A stretch of DNA of 47,592 nt from Coleofasciculus sp. B1-GNL1-01. GTDB taxonomy: Bacteria; Cyanobacteriota; Cyanobacteriia; Cyanobacteriales; Coleofasciculaceae. The notes under the pieces were generated by a model that had not been told where the DNA came from, made no database searches, and saw only the letters and a list, made by a program, of their open reading frames with translations. Below, in pieces: positions 9,754-19,408 of this stretch. Location of the stretch: NCBI GenBank assembly GCA_040220235.1, contig JAVJTO010000023.1; one strand, given 5' to 3'. Within the stretch, counting starts at the first letter, position 1, and each line of letters opens with the position of its first letter. The translations under genes and the position numbers were made by a program.

Positions 9754-11598
9754 TTAATAGAGCATCCAGTACTTTAGACTCGGATGAGAAAAATACACAC
9801 TCACCATACCACTGGTGACAATGATCGCCATGGCTGATGGTATCACAGGAACCCAAACTCCTTGGAGAAAGATTACATAAGAGCAGCCATAGAGAACACT
9901 CAGCATTCCGGCGACTGCCAAGCCCAGCAAGAGAGGGGAACGGAAACGCCAACTGACTAGACCCGCCACCAGAGACCAAGCCCCAAGCCAAAGATATTCA
10001 GCCCACTGAGGCCACCATACCAACAGAGGTCGCCCATTTTTAACCGCACTGATAATTTGACTGGTCATTTGGGCTTGCAGAAATACCCCAGCCGCCTCAG
10101 GTCGCCTGCTTTGATTGTAAGGAGTTGCATGAATATCGTGAAAGGTTTTATCAACAGTTCCAATGAAAACGATACGGTCTTTGACCAACTCAGGTGTTAA
10201 TATATTCTCCTCCAGTACCTCTTTTAACGTATAGGTACGCGCAATCGATTCTACTGAACCTCTAGCCCGATAATTCAGTAACATTTGATAGCCCCCGGCA
10301 TCGATATTCTGATACCCTCCACTATTGTTTTTAAGAGTCGGGAAAACAACCTGACCAATCTGCAAGTCATTATTTGAAGTCAATTGGGCTATAAAGCCCT
10401 CCTCTTCTAAGTAACGCAAAGCCATGACTAAACTCAAAGAGTTACTGATTTGACATTCAGATTGCTCAGGAGGTGCTAAACCCAGAAGATGACGACGCAC
10501 AACGCCATCTGGGTCTAACATGACATCACTAAACCCAACTCGTTCGGGTAAAGAGTCTGGAGGAATATCGGGAGGAGGCGGAATTCCCGGATTATCGGTT
10601 GTGTCTCCCACCTTACAGACGGTTATTAAACGATTGTCTTGCCGTAAACGATTCGCTAAATCTCGATACTGAGGTTCTACCGGAAAATCGCGATAGAGGT
10701 CTAAACCAATGACTCGCGGTTGGTATTGAGCTAATTTTTCCAGGAGTTGAGCCAGTTTAGTATTTGATAACGATAACCCTTGCCGTTGGGCAGAGGATTG
10801 AGCTTGAACATCACCCCCTGTAATGGTAATCATCAGCAGGCGTGGGTCAGGACTTTCCTGTTGAGGACGGATTTGCATAAAGTGGTCAAACGCCTTCAGT
10901 TCCAAAGGCTGTAGCATACCTGTCAAACTGACACCAATTGCCATGCTTGCACCGGTCAGACTGGCCAACAGTTGCAGCCCACGAGATTTCCAAGATTTGG
11001 GTTTTTTACGGGATCGTTGCTTTTTATTCAGGTATAGCAGTTCAAAAATCGGTGCTTTGCCAATACCCTTTAAATAGTGATTGCCACGGGAGACAATGGT
11101 TAAGTTTGTAAGTCCAGCATCGTCAATCAAGTCTGTTGTCACTTCCGACAGCAGAATTTGTCCCCCATGGGCGAGTGAGGACACCCGAGCCGCGTAGTCA
11201 ACTTCCTCGCCAATAAAATCATCACCGTCGGGTAAGGGACTCCCGGTGTGCATGCCAATTCTGACTTGTAAGGGACCCAAGGGGGTGTCAATGGGTTCAC
11301 AGGTGTGACTAATTTGCAGCGCCACCGCCCACTGAGCCGCTTGAGACGCATTGGCGAAAACCACAAAGTAAGCGTCCCCTTCGGTCTTAACCACACGCCC
11401 TCCGTAAGCCACTAAATTCGCTTCAACACGCTGGCGATGGGGTTTGAGAATCGTGTCAAAGTAGAGACGATTGCGGGTAGTGATGTCATTTCCCTTTAAA
11501 TATTTTTTGACCGCTGTGGAATTAACCAGGTCTGTGAACACCATGGTTACCACATGGTCAGATACGACAACTTGTTTATCGATTACGGGTTGCATCAC
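9754..11598 (-). CDS. Class III adenylate/guanylate cyclase domain fused N-terminally to CHASE2 plus C-terminal TM helices
   Basis: FTDLVNST, KTEGDA, RIGMHTG, YAARV; CHASE2 PRVIGLDLYRD, DGVVRR; three terminal TM segments. Confidence 0.88.
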   Translation of the reverse strand: MMQPVIDKQVVVSDHVVTMVFTDLVNSTAVKKYLKGNDITTRNRLYFDTILKPHRQRVEANLVAYGGRVVKTEGDAYFVVFANASQAAQWAVALQISHTCEPIDTPLGPLQVRIGMHTGSPLPDGDDFIGEEVDYAARVSSLAHGGQILLSEVTTDLIDDAGLTNLTIVSRGNHYLKGIGKAPIFELLYLNKKQRSRKKPKSWKSRGLQLLASLTGASMAIGVSLTGMLQPLELKAFDHFMQIRPQQESPDPRLLMITITGGDVQAQSSAQRQGLSLSNTKLAQLLEKLAQYQPRVIGLDLYRDFPVEPQYRDLANRLRQDNRLITVCKVGDTTDNPGIPPPPDIPPDSLPERVGFSDVMLDPDGVVRRHLLGLAPPEQSECQISNSLSLVMALRYLEEEGFIAQLTSNNDLQIGQVVFPTLKNNSGGYQNIDAGGYQMLLNYRARGSVESIARTYTLKEVLEENILTPELVKDRIVFIGTVDKTFHDIHATPYNQSRRPEAAGVFLQAQMTSQIISAVKNGRPLLVWWPQWAEYLWLGAWSLVAGLVSWRFRSPLLLGLAVAGMLSVLYGCSYVIFLQGVWVPVIPSAMAIIVTSGMVSVYFSHPSLKYWMLY

Positions 11599-12272
11599 AG
11601 ATCAATCATTCGCTGTTGGGAAGGTAAGCACTAGACGAACCCTGACTGGCTTAACTTACTGTTTACATTACAGTTATCAAGAATTTGAAAATGAGACAGG
11701 AGTATTAAGTTAAGTAATGATGAAGACTTTGTAAATGGACAATGAAGACTTTGTAAAGTTTATATACAAGTCCGGCAAATGTTTAAATTGAACCCTGATT
11801 GCCGCTTGTCTGGCTTATAATGGTCTGTCTATTGCGCCCCAAAGACAGATTCAAGTTGGTAAAAAATTATTGATGGCAAGATATAGCGTGTCTAAATCAG
11901 TTTTGAAATAATAATCTTTGCTGGGCATATTTGTCAGCCTTGTTTTTTTACTCATCCTTTACTTTAGGTTGGCTAGATAACTGTATAATGGACTACACTA
12001 AAAGAAGCGTGTCGGTTTTTACCATTTGCTGACTCCACTATTCCATGGCATCTTTTCAAAGGCAAAATCCGCTTATAGATAATAGCAGATATCAAGAAGA
12101 GTTTCAAAAAGATAAATAAAAGTAATGAAAATTGGGTGAAGAGAATTAATCGATGGTTTTTAGGTAACGTTGTGTTTAAGGTTATCTTAGGAGACGACAA
12201 TATTTTTTGCTGCCAGAAAAATATAAATTAACAATGTAGAGTTTTATAACTAAAATGAGAAATAGTTTGCCA

Positions 12273-12350
12273 TAAGTAGGTCGGTGGAAATAAACCGAAC
12301 TATGTTAAGCTCTGTGAATGTTACTCAAATCCTTACAAAGTGTGCGTTGA
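12273..12350 (+). mobile_element. Truncated MITE end (TA-AGTAGGT family)
   Basis: TAAGTAGGTCGG resembles the 43697 terminal repeat; no partner end found. Confidence 0.45.
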
Positions 12351-12358
12351 GCCGTCAA

Positions 12359-12440
12359 CCCATCAAGAGTCTAGGCAGTCTTTTTTGGACTGGCTAACTG
12401 GAAAGGAATCACCGTCCTTGTAGGGCGGTGAGGATGTCAA
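12359..12440 (+). mobile_element. Non-autonomous IS200/IS605-type mini-element (PATE-like)
   Basis: Right-end hairpin GAATCACCGTCCTTGTAGGGCGGTGAGGATGTCAA, second hairpin CAGTC-T-tract-GACTG, upstream TCAA at 12355-12358. Confidence 0.7.
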
Positions 12441-12519
12441 CAGGCTCATCGTTCATCGTCCAAGGCAACTACAGAGTAAGAACCCATGAACTATGAACCA
12501 TGAACCCTAGACAAAAACC

Positions 12520-13740
12520 TCAATCCCGGATTTGCACAGGCATAATCAGGTAGGTCATTTTTAAGCCACCCAGAGGTGTGAGAATCACTGGAGTATTCGC
12601 CGCATTCATTTGTAGCTGAATATCTGACGTAGCTGACGTAGACAGCGCCTTTAAGCCATCGATTAAGTATTTCACATTAAAGGCAATCTCGATACTTTCA
12701 CCCGTAACTTGTGCTGATAGGGACTCTCTCGCACTGCCAACATCTTGAGTTTCCACGGTCAGATCAATGGTTTGCGCCTGGGCATCAATATCAAACTTGA
12801 CGATATTATTCTTCTGATCAGCCAAGACTGCAATCCGCTCAACCGCACTCAGTAATTGACGCCGAGGAATAGCCACCTGGCGCTGAAACTGACCGGGGAT
12901 GAGTTGGCGGTAAGCGGGATATTGTCCCTCTAACGTCCGACTGGTCAAGCGATGATTACCCCCTTGGAAGATAATTTGACCCACCTCAAACTGTAAGGCG
13001 ACGGTATCGCTTGATTCCGAGAGTCCTAACATCCGTTCAAGTTCCCTTAAGGTTCTAGCGGGTACGGTTAGCTCAAAGGAAGATATGGTATCTTCAGAGG
13101 CTGGTTTCTCCTCATTCTCCTCATCCTCTTGGCTTTCCTCACTGGTTGGTTTAGCGTTAAGAGTTTCCACAACCGCTAGTCGGTGACCATCAGTCGCGGC
13201 AAATTCCAGACTATCTTCTTGAACCATCAGATGCACCCCGGTTAGCACCTGTTTCGTTTCATCTGCACTGGTGGCAAATAATGATCCGCGCAATCCTTCA
13301 ACTAAGGCTTCAACCGGGAGTTTAACCACCATTCCATCTTCGATGTGGGGGAGTTCGGGAAAGTCCTCTGAGTTCATTCCTCGCATTTTGTATTGTCCCG
13401 ATGTCGAGGTTAAGGTGATTGATTGGCTTTCGGCGTCCGCATCACTCTCTGCTTCGGAGAGGAAGTCTTCGAGAGTAATGTCTCCCTCTGGCAAACGGGA
13501 AACAATGTCATTGAACAGTTTAGCCGGAATCGCGATCGCGCCATCCGCTTCGACGTTGGCGTTGAAACTGGTTTGCAGACCTAGACTCAAGTCGAAGGCG
13601 GTTAAACTTACTCGCTGATTCTCAGCATCGGCTTCGAGTAACACATTACCCAGTACCGGATGGGTGGGACGTGAGGGAACCGCCCGACTCACCAGAGAAA
13701 GATTGGTATTGAGTTCACTTTGGGTACAAGTTAGTTTCAT
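12520..13740 (-). CDS. dnaN: DNA polymerase III beta clamp
   Basis: SRAVPSRP.HPVL, ATDGHRL, IAFNVKYL, YLIMPVQIR; ATG at 13740. Confidence 0.98.
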   Translation of the reverse strand: MKLTCTQSELNTNLSLVSRAVPSRPTHPVLGNVLLEADAENQRVSLTAFDLSLGLQTSFNANVEADGAIAIPAKLFNDIVSRLPEGDITLEDFLSEAESDADAESQSITLTSTSGQYKMRGMNSEDFPELPHIEDGMVVKLPVEALVEGLRGSLFATSADETKQVLTGVHLMVQEDSLEFAATDGHRLAVVETLNAKPTSEESQEDEENEEKPASEDTISSFELTVPARTLRELERMLGLSESSDTVALQFEVGQIIFQGGNHRLTSRTLEGQYPAYRQLIPGQFQRQVAIPRRQLLSAVERIAVLADQKNNIVKFDIDAQAQTIDLTVETQDVGSARESLSAQVTGESIEIAFNVKYLIDGLKALSTSATSDIQLQMNAANTPVILTPLGGLKMTYLIMPVQIRD

Positions 13741-13877
13741 AGAAGGAATCGTCAATGTTTGGCACAGCTAGAATTCTCGTCAAGGAGAGTCAGGGAGATT
13801 TGAGTGGGACTCTACATGAGGCACAATCGTGGTTCTCTCATCTATCCAGAGGCAACTCTAGCATGGAATTCAGACCT

Positions 13878-13992
13878 TGGGGAAACTGTGGAAAAACTAG
13901 ACTCAGATGATTGCCAATTCCTGAATTCTTCGTGTTTTAGGAATGGAGTCCTTGTGGAAAAGGTTGTGGAAAATTGCGGAATTTTTTCCACC
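13878..13992. promoter_or_regulatory. oriC: Putative oriC: DnaA-box cluster between dnaA and dnaN
   Basis: TGTGGAAAA at 13887, 13953 and 13965; variants TGGGGAAAC 13878, TGCGGAATT 13975, TTTTCCACC 13984; cyanobacterial box is TTTTCCACA. Confidence 0.85.
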
Positions 13993-14147
13993 GTGTATTT
14001 ATACTCATCCCATACCCAATACTTCTCGGATAAGCTCTAATTCAATTTTTTCTCTCCCAAGGGCGGGTCAAAATGTTATCTGTCTAACCCGCCCCTACAC
14101 CCTACACTCTACCTGCACAGTTTCCTGTTCCCCGTTCCCTGTTCCCT

Positions 14148-15533
14148 TTAAGCTTGGCTTTGAGTTTGACTTGCCAAATTAATGCGATCGCTCAATTGAC
14201 TCAGTTTCTGTGCCACGCTGGGATCACGTTCTCGTAATTGGTTAATTTTGTCGCAGCTATACATCACTGTGGTATGATCCTTGCCGCCAAATTCTTCACC
14301 AATTCGGGGTAAGCTCAAGTCAGTATGCTGCCGCATCAGATACATGGCAATTTGTCTAGACCAACTAATTTCTCGGCGGCGTGAGTTTCCTTTTAAGTCC
14401 TCCAGCGAAACGTTAAAGGCGTCGGCGACGGTGGTTAAAATGATTTCCGGTGCTGCTTGTGCAGTTGGGGTTTGTGGATTCAAAATCGGTGCAATGTTCT
14501 CGACACTCATCGGGACTCCCGAAATCGAGATGTAGGCGACGACGCGAATTAATGCCCCCTCGAGTTCGCGGATATTGGATTTATATTGAGTGGCAATATA
14601 CTCAACCACCGATCGCGGCAACCGGATGTTTTCATACTCTGCCTTTTTTTGCAAAATTGCCATCCGGGTTTCCAAGTCAGGCGGCTGAATATCGGCGATT
14701 AACCCCATAGAAAAGCGAGAACACAGCCGTTCCTGCAAGCGGCTAATCTGATGCGGTGGGCGATCGGATGCCAATACGATTTGTTTCCCGGCTTCGTGTA
14801 AGGTATTGAACGTATGAAAAAATTCTTCCTGAGTATATTCTTTTCCTTCGATAAACTGAATATCATCAATCAACAGCACCTCAGCCGCTCGATAGTGTTC
14901 CCGGAAACTTTGCATACTATCTTTGCGGATGGCGGCAATCAGATCATTGGTAAAGTGTTCAGTAGACACATAAAATATTTTAGAGTTAGGAGAATTCTCC
15001 AACCGGAAATGCGCGATCGCTTGCATCAGGTGAGTTTTTCCCAAACCGACGCCCCCACACAAAAACAGGGGATTAAACTCCCGTCCTGGTGATTCGGCTA
15101 CAGCCAAAGCCGCCGCATGAGCCATGCGATTATTTGAACCCACCACGAAGCGAGAAAACACGTACTTCTGATTTAACTCTGTGGGTTTAGGGAGTTGATG
15201 GGATGGACGTTCGGTATCGGGGTTACTCGCCACCGGAACCGACCAGGAAATGCCTGTATCGCTAATTGTCGCATTGTCGTTGTTAGTACTCACGGTGAGG
15301 TAAATGTCCACAGGTTGTCCGAGAATCTCCTGCACCACATCCGTGATTGTTTTGATGTAATACTTTTGCAACCAATTTCTGGCAAAGGGATTGGGGGTAC
15401 AAACCACTAAGCAATTCTGGTCGAGCTGCTGAGCAGTTGTTCCCTTGAGCCAGGTTTCAAACGTGGGTCGGCTGAGTTGGAGTTGTAAACGCTCCAATAC
15501 CTTTATCCAGAGCTGTTCGGGGGACATTTCCAC
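14148..15533 (-). CDS. dnaA: Chromosomal replication initiator DnaA (GTG 15533 fits the AGAGGA RBS spacing)
   Basis: [39 protein letters not shown]. Confidence 0.98.
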   Translation of the reverse strand: MEMSPEQLWIKVLERLQLQLSRPTFETWLKGTTAQQLDQNCLVVCTPNPFARNWLQKYYIKTITDVVQEILGQPVDIYLTVSTNNDNATISDTGISWSVPVASNPDTERPSHQLPKPTELNQKYVFSRFVVGSNNRMAHAAALAVAESPGREFNPLFLCGGVGLGKTHLMQAIAHFRLENSPNSKIFYVSTEHFTNDLIAAIRKDSMQSFREHYRAAEVLLIDDIQFIEGKEYTQEEFFHTFNTLHEAGKQIVLASDRPPHQISRLQERLCSRFSMGLIADIQPPDLETRMAILQKKAEYENIRLPRSVVEYIATQYKSNIRELEGALIRVVAYISISGVPMSVENIAPILNPQTPTAQAAPEIILTTVADAFNVSLEDLKGNSRRREISWSRQIAMYLMRQHTDLSLPRIGEEFGGKDHTTVMYSCDKINQLRERDPSVAQKLSQLSDRINLASQTQSQA

Positions 15534-15687
15534 GGGCATTCCTCTATTGTCGGTAATTGTTGCTTGTTCTCCTCATTCGAGCTATGAGCAAGATATTCCG
15601 GCACACGTCTATCTATAGATATAGCGATTTAGCATTGAGTAAAATACAACAATAAATAGCAACTGTCCAGTTTAATTGCACCCCATT

Positions 15688-16221
15688 ATGACCCAATCCC
15701 TAGAAATCGCTCAGTTAGGCAACCCTATCTTACGCCAGCTAGCTCAACCCATCGATAATGTTCAAGATGAATCGATACAAAAGCTGATTGAGGCTCTCAA
15801 GGCAAAGGCTGTAGCTGCTAACGGGGTAGGAATCGCTGCTCCCCAAGTTTCTCAATCCTGCCGTTTGTTTATCGTAGCGTCTCGTCCCAATCCCCGCTAT
15901 CCGAATGCCCCCACCATGGAACCGACAGCGATGATCAATCCGCAGATTGTGGCTCACTCAGATGAGGTGGTCAAAGGCTGGGAAGGTTGCTTAAGTATTC
16001 CTGGTATTCGCTCTTTAGTGCCGAGGTATCAGGCGATTGAGGTAGAGTACACCAATCAACAGGGTAAGCCGCAGCGACAACAGTTAACCGATTTTGTGGC
16101 AAGAATTGTTCAGCATGAATATGATCATCTCAATGGTCTTGTGTTTCTAGACCGGGTGGAGAGTACCCAAGATTTAATCACAGAGCAAGAGTATAAACGG
16201 CGGATTGATGAACAAACCTAG
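15688..16221 (+). CDS. def: Peptide deformylase
   Basis: GVGIAAPQ, EGCLS, QHEYDHLNG. Confidence 0.97.
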   Translation: MTQSLEIAQLGNPILRQLAQPIDNVQDESIQKLIEALKAKAVAANGVGIAAPQVSQSCRLFIVASRPNPRYPNAPTMEPTAMINPQIVAHSDEVVKGWEGCLSIPGIRSLVPRYQAIEVEYTNQQGKPQRQQLTDFVARIVQHEYDHLNGLVFLDRVESTQDLITEQEYKRRIDEQT

Positions 16222-16281
16222 CAGCCAAGGCTTGAGTCATTGCAAAATAGAAGCAGTTCTATCGTGCTTGTTCCCTAGATC

Positions 16282-17676
16282 ATGCCTACTGTACTCGCGG
16301 ATACTCAAAATTTAATTGCAGACCTGATCGCTCGCTATCGCTCTCGCGTGGATTACTTAGCGATTCGCTTAGAAGAATCTGAAGGAACCAGCATTATCGT
16401 GCGGGGCAATAAGGTAGAAACCTTGAGTGAGGGGCTTGCTATTGGCGGACAGGTACGAGCCTGTTATAAGGGCGGTTGGGGCTTTGCCAGTTTCAATCAA
16501 CTATCCAGCCTGAAGGATCGACTGGAAGAAGCAATCAGCGCCGCCCGAATTGTCGGGGATGGAGAAACTCTACTTGCGCCGATTCCGATTGTGCAAGATA
16601 CTCGCCAACTCCCCCTAACTGGGACTGATCCCCGGATGATTCCTCTAACTGAGAAGAAAGCCCTGTGCGATCGCTACAACCAATTGCTCAAACGTTTTGA
16701 TCCCCGGATTACAACCACCTCTGTCCGCTACGGGGATAGCCATCAACGGATCATTATCGCCACCTCCGAAGGCACGCTGATTGAGCAATCTTGGGCAGAT
16801 CTAGAAATGCGTTTCTCGGCTACCGCTCGTAAGGATGAGATTGTGCAGACGGGACGAGAAACCACCGGATCTCGCAATGGTTACGAAGATCTTACTGATC
16901 TGGACATGCAAGTGCAGGGTGCGGCGCAACGGGCGGTTAATGCTTTGTCTTTGTCACCCGTTCGGGGAGGGGTTTACACGGTGGTTATTGATCCCATTCT
17001 CTCCGGTTTATTTGTTCATGAAGCCTTCGGGCATCTTTCAGAAGCGGATATGGCGTATGAAAACCCGGATCTGTTGGAAGTCATGAGCAAAGGGCGTCGC
17101 TTTGGTCCACCAGATTTGCAAATCTTCGACGGTGCTGCCCCAGAGGGACATCGCGGTAGCTATTGCTACGATGATGAAGGAACACCAGCCACCACGACTC
17201 AACTGATTAAAGATGGCATTTTAGTGGGGCGTCTGCATTCTCGTGAAACAGCAGGTAAGTTAGGCGAAGCTCCCAGCGGCAACGCCCGTTGTTTAAACTA
17301 CCACTATCCACCTATTGTCCGCATGACCAATACTTGGATTGAACCGGGCAAAACCCCAGTTAAGGATTTAGTCCGAGGGATTCGCGAAGGGGTTTATGCC
17401 CGCAACTGGTTAGGGGGTATGACGAATGGGGAGATGTTCACCTTTAGCGCGGGTGAAGCTTGGATGATTCGCGAGGGACAGATTGCCGAACCCGTGCGGG
17501 ATGTTACTCTATCCGGTAATGTGTTTAAAACCTTAGGCGACATCGAAGCGATCGGTAATGACTTCTACTGGGATGAATCAGGCGGTTGTGGAAAAGGCGG
17601 ACAAAGTGGCTTACCCGTAGGGTGTGGCGGTCCTTCTTTACGGATTCGCAATGTTGTCGTGGGAGGTAGTCAGTAG
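16282..17676 (+). CDS. tldD: TldD/PmbA family metalloprotease (TldD type)
   Basis: HEAFGHLSEAD, RMTNT, CGKGGQ. Confidence 0.93.
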   Translation: MPTVLADTQNLIADLIARYRSRVDYLAIRLEESEGTSIIVRGNKVETLSEGLAIGGQVRACYKGGWGFASFNQLSSLKDRLEEAISAARIVGDGETLLAPIPIVQDTRQLPLTGTDPRMIPLTEKKALCDRYNQLLKRFDPRITTTSVRYGDSHQRIIIATSEGTLIEQSWADLEMRFSATARKDEIVQTGRETTGSRNGYEDLTDLDMQVQGAAQRAVNALSLSPVRGGVYTVVIDPILSGLFVHEAFGHLSEADMAYENPDLLEVMSKGRRFGPPDLQIFDGAAPEGHRGSYCYDDEGTPATTTQLIKDGILVGRLHSRETAGKLGEAPSGNARCLNYHYPPIVRMTNTWIEPGKTPVKDLVRGIREGVYARNWLGGMTNGEMFTFSAGEAWMIREGQIAEPVRDVTLSGNVFKTLGDIEAIGNDFYWDESGGCGKGGQSGLPVGCGGPSLRIRNVVVGGSQ

Positions 17677-17803
17677 CATTGTTTCAGTCACTTGCCTGTT
17701 GTCCGTTGTTCTTTGTCCTGAGCAATACACAACAGGCAACGGACAGGTGATATACTGGGGGCGCTATTCGCGATAAATGTGTAATCCTTGATAGGCGGAT
17801 CAG

Positions 17804-18598
17804 GTGAACCATTTAACTACGGCTCAAGAAGAGCAACTGAAAAATATAGGAACCTATTTACGACACTGTAGAGAAGAGCAGGAGAAATCGATTGAGGAAA
17901 TTGCTCTCAAAACTTTTATCTCCTTACGCTCTTTGAAAGCGCTAGAAGCTGGACGGTGTGAGGAGTTACCTGAACCTGTCTTTGTGCAAGGGTTTATTCG
18001 GCGGTATGCCGAAACACTGAATTTAGACAGCACAACGTTACTCGAAAGCTTTGCCACCGAGGTGGTATCGCAACCCTCTGAGTCTCCTGACTCTCAAGCC
18101 GAAATTTCTGAGTCCACCCCGATTTCGCGATCGCGTCAACCGGATCGGCTCTACCGTCAACCTTTTCTGCTCTACATTGGTATTGGTGGAATTGTCGCGA
18201 TCGGTGGATTGGTATATCTGCTTACCCAAGTCCTCAAACCCCAACCCTCTACACCTGCTCAAGAGTCTCCGACAATTGAGCAACAGCTTAATCCAAACGA
18301 ACCCGCTGTCACCTCAACGCCTGCGCCGACTGTTTCTGATCCCAATTTCCCGGTTCAAATTACTGTAGAAATGAAAGGGGAATCCTGGGTGCGGGTTAGT
18401 GTTGATGGTAAAACGGAGTTTGAGGGAATTTTAACGGAGGACGATTCTCCCAAAAGTTGGAACGCTAAAAATGAATTAACGATCCGATCCGGAAATGCGG
18501 GGGCGGTATGGGTATCGTTGAATCAAAAAACCGCGAAACCATTGGGAGAGATGGGTGAAGTCCAAGATGTAACCTTTACTCCCACACAGGATTGGTAA
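17804..18598 (+). CDS. RodZ-like protein (XRE HTH, TM helix, DUF4115)
   Basis: LPEPVFVQGFIRRYA; TM segment; SWVRV and GNAGAV. Confidence 0.88.
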   Translation: MNHLTTAQEEQLKNIGTYLRHCREEQEKSIEEIALKTFISLRSLKALEAGRCEELPEPVFVQGFIRRYAETLNLDSTTLLESFATEVVSQPSESPDSQAEISESTPISRSRQPDRLYRQPFLLYIGIGGIVAIGGLVYLLTQVLKPQPSTPAQESPTIEQQLNPNEPAVTSTPAPTVSDPNFPVQITVEMKGESWVRVSVDGKTEFEGILTEDDSPKSWNAKNELTIRSGNAGAVWVSLNQKTAKPLGEMGEVQDVTFTPTQDW

Positions 18599-18603
18599 TT
18601 AGT

Positions 18604-18638
18604 TTGTCATTCGTCATTTGTCATTTGTCATTTGTCAT
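18604..18638 (+). repeat. STRR heptamer array (GTCATTT/GTCATTC)
   Basis: Five tandem heptamers; similar arrays near 31047-31070 and 36495-36527. Confidence 0.85.
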
Positions 18639-18740
18639 ATCATGCCCGGTTGAATACCCATAATTACGGTGATGGGGAGTAGGGGCTTGGTAACCAAGTC
18701 CCTACATTTTTAGTAGGGGTGATCAGTCCGGACATCATAT
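18637..18740. mobile_element. MITE-like element with an internal GTAG-REP hairpin
   Basis: ATATCATGCCCGG ... CCGGACATCATAT inverted ends; internal GTAGGGGCTTGGTAACCAAGTCCCTAC. Confidence 0.6.
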
Positions 18741-18742
18741 CA

Positions 18743-19354
18743 TTAGTTATTAGTTCTAGTTCTCATCAAAGCCCGATCAACTTGTTGAAGTAAAGAGTCG
18801 TGAGTGGAGGAGTTATCTAAAACCACATCAGCACGCGCCACTTTTTCGGCGAGGGGAAGCTGACTATCCAGACGAGATTGAGCTTGTTCAACCGAGAGGC
18901 GATCGCGTTCCTGAATTCGCTGGATTTGTTGGTCTTGGGGACAACTGACAACCCAGATTTCAGTCACTAAGTCTGTCATATTGGCTTCAAATAATAAGGG
19001 TATCACGACAACCACAGTCGGAGACTCGCTTGTATTGAGTTGAGACTCAATGCGATCGCGCACATAAGGATGGATCTGTTGTTCTAACCACTGGCGTTCC
19101 TTTGGGTTCGGGAAAACGATCTCCCCTAAGCGTTTGCGGTTCAGTGTGCCATCGGCTAATTGTACATCAGAACCGTAGCGGGTAATAATCCGGTTCAAAA
19201 CCGGGGAACCAGGCTGCACGGCGTCTCTGGCGTAGATATCTGCATCTAAAATCGGAAGCTGATAGGTATCGGCAAGATAATTAGAAACCGTGGTTTTGCC
19301 TGTGCCAATCCCTCCGGTTAAGCCAATAATCCGTTTCAAGATTGATTCAGTCAA
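18743..19354 (-). CDS. coaE: Dephospho-CoA kinase
   Basis: IGLTGGIGTGKTT, DAD, IPLLFE. Confidence 0.96.
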   Translation of the reverse strand: MTESILKRIIGLTGGIGTGKTTVSNYLADTYQLPILDADIYARDAVQPGSPVLNRIITRYGSDVQLADGTLNRKRLGEIVFPNPKERQWLEQQIHPYVRDRIESQLNTSESPTVVVVIPLLFEANMTDLVTEIWVVSCPQDQQIQRIQERDRLSVEQAQSRLDSQLPLAEKVARADVVLDNSSTHDSLLQQVDRALMRTRTNN

Positions 19355-19408
19355 GGTTAAAGTACGCTATCACAATAAGTATAAGTTGCAGCCGGAAAGG
19401 ACGCCAGA

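Noticed and set aside
11973..12200. 75-aa ORF in the AT-rich spacer
   Set aside because: TTG start, no clear RBS, no recognisable similarity
9622..12440. tRNA-integrated island with attL/attR
   Set aside because: No duplicated tRNA 3' end or integrase found
13804..14182. Two short + strand ORFs between dnaN and dnaA
   Set aside because: They run across DnaA boxes and repeats; no protein-like features
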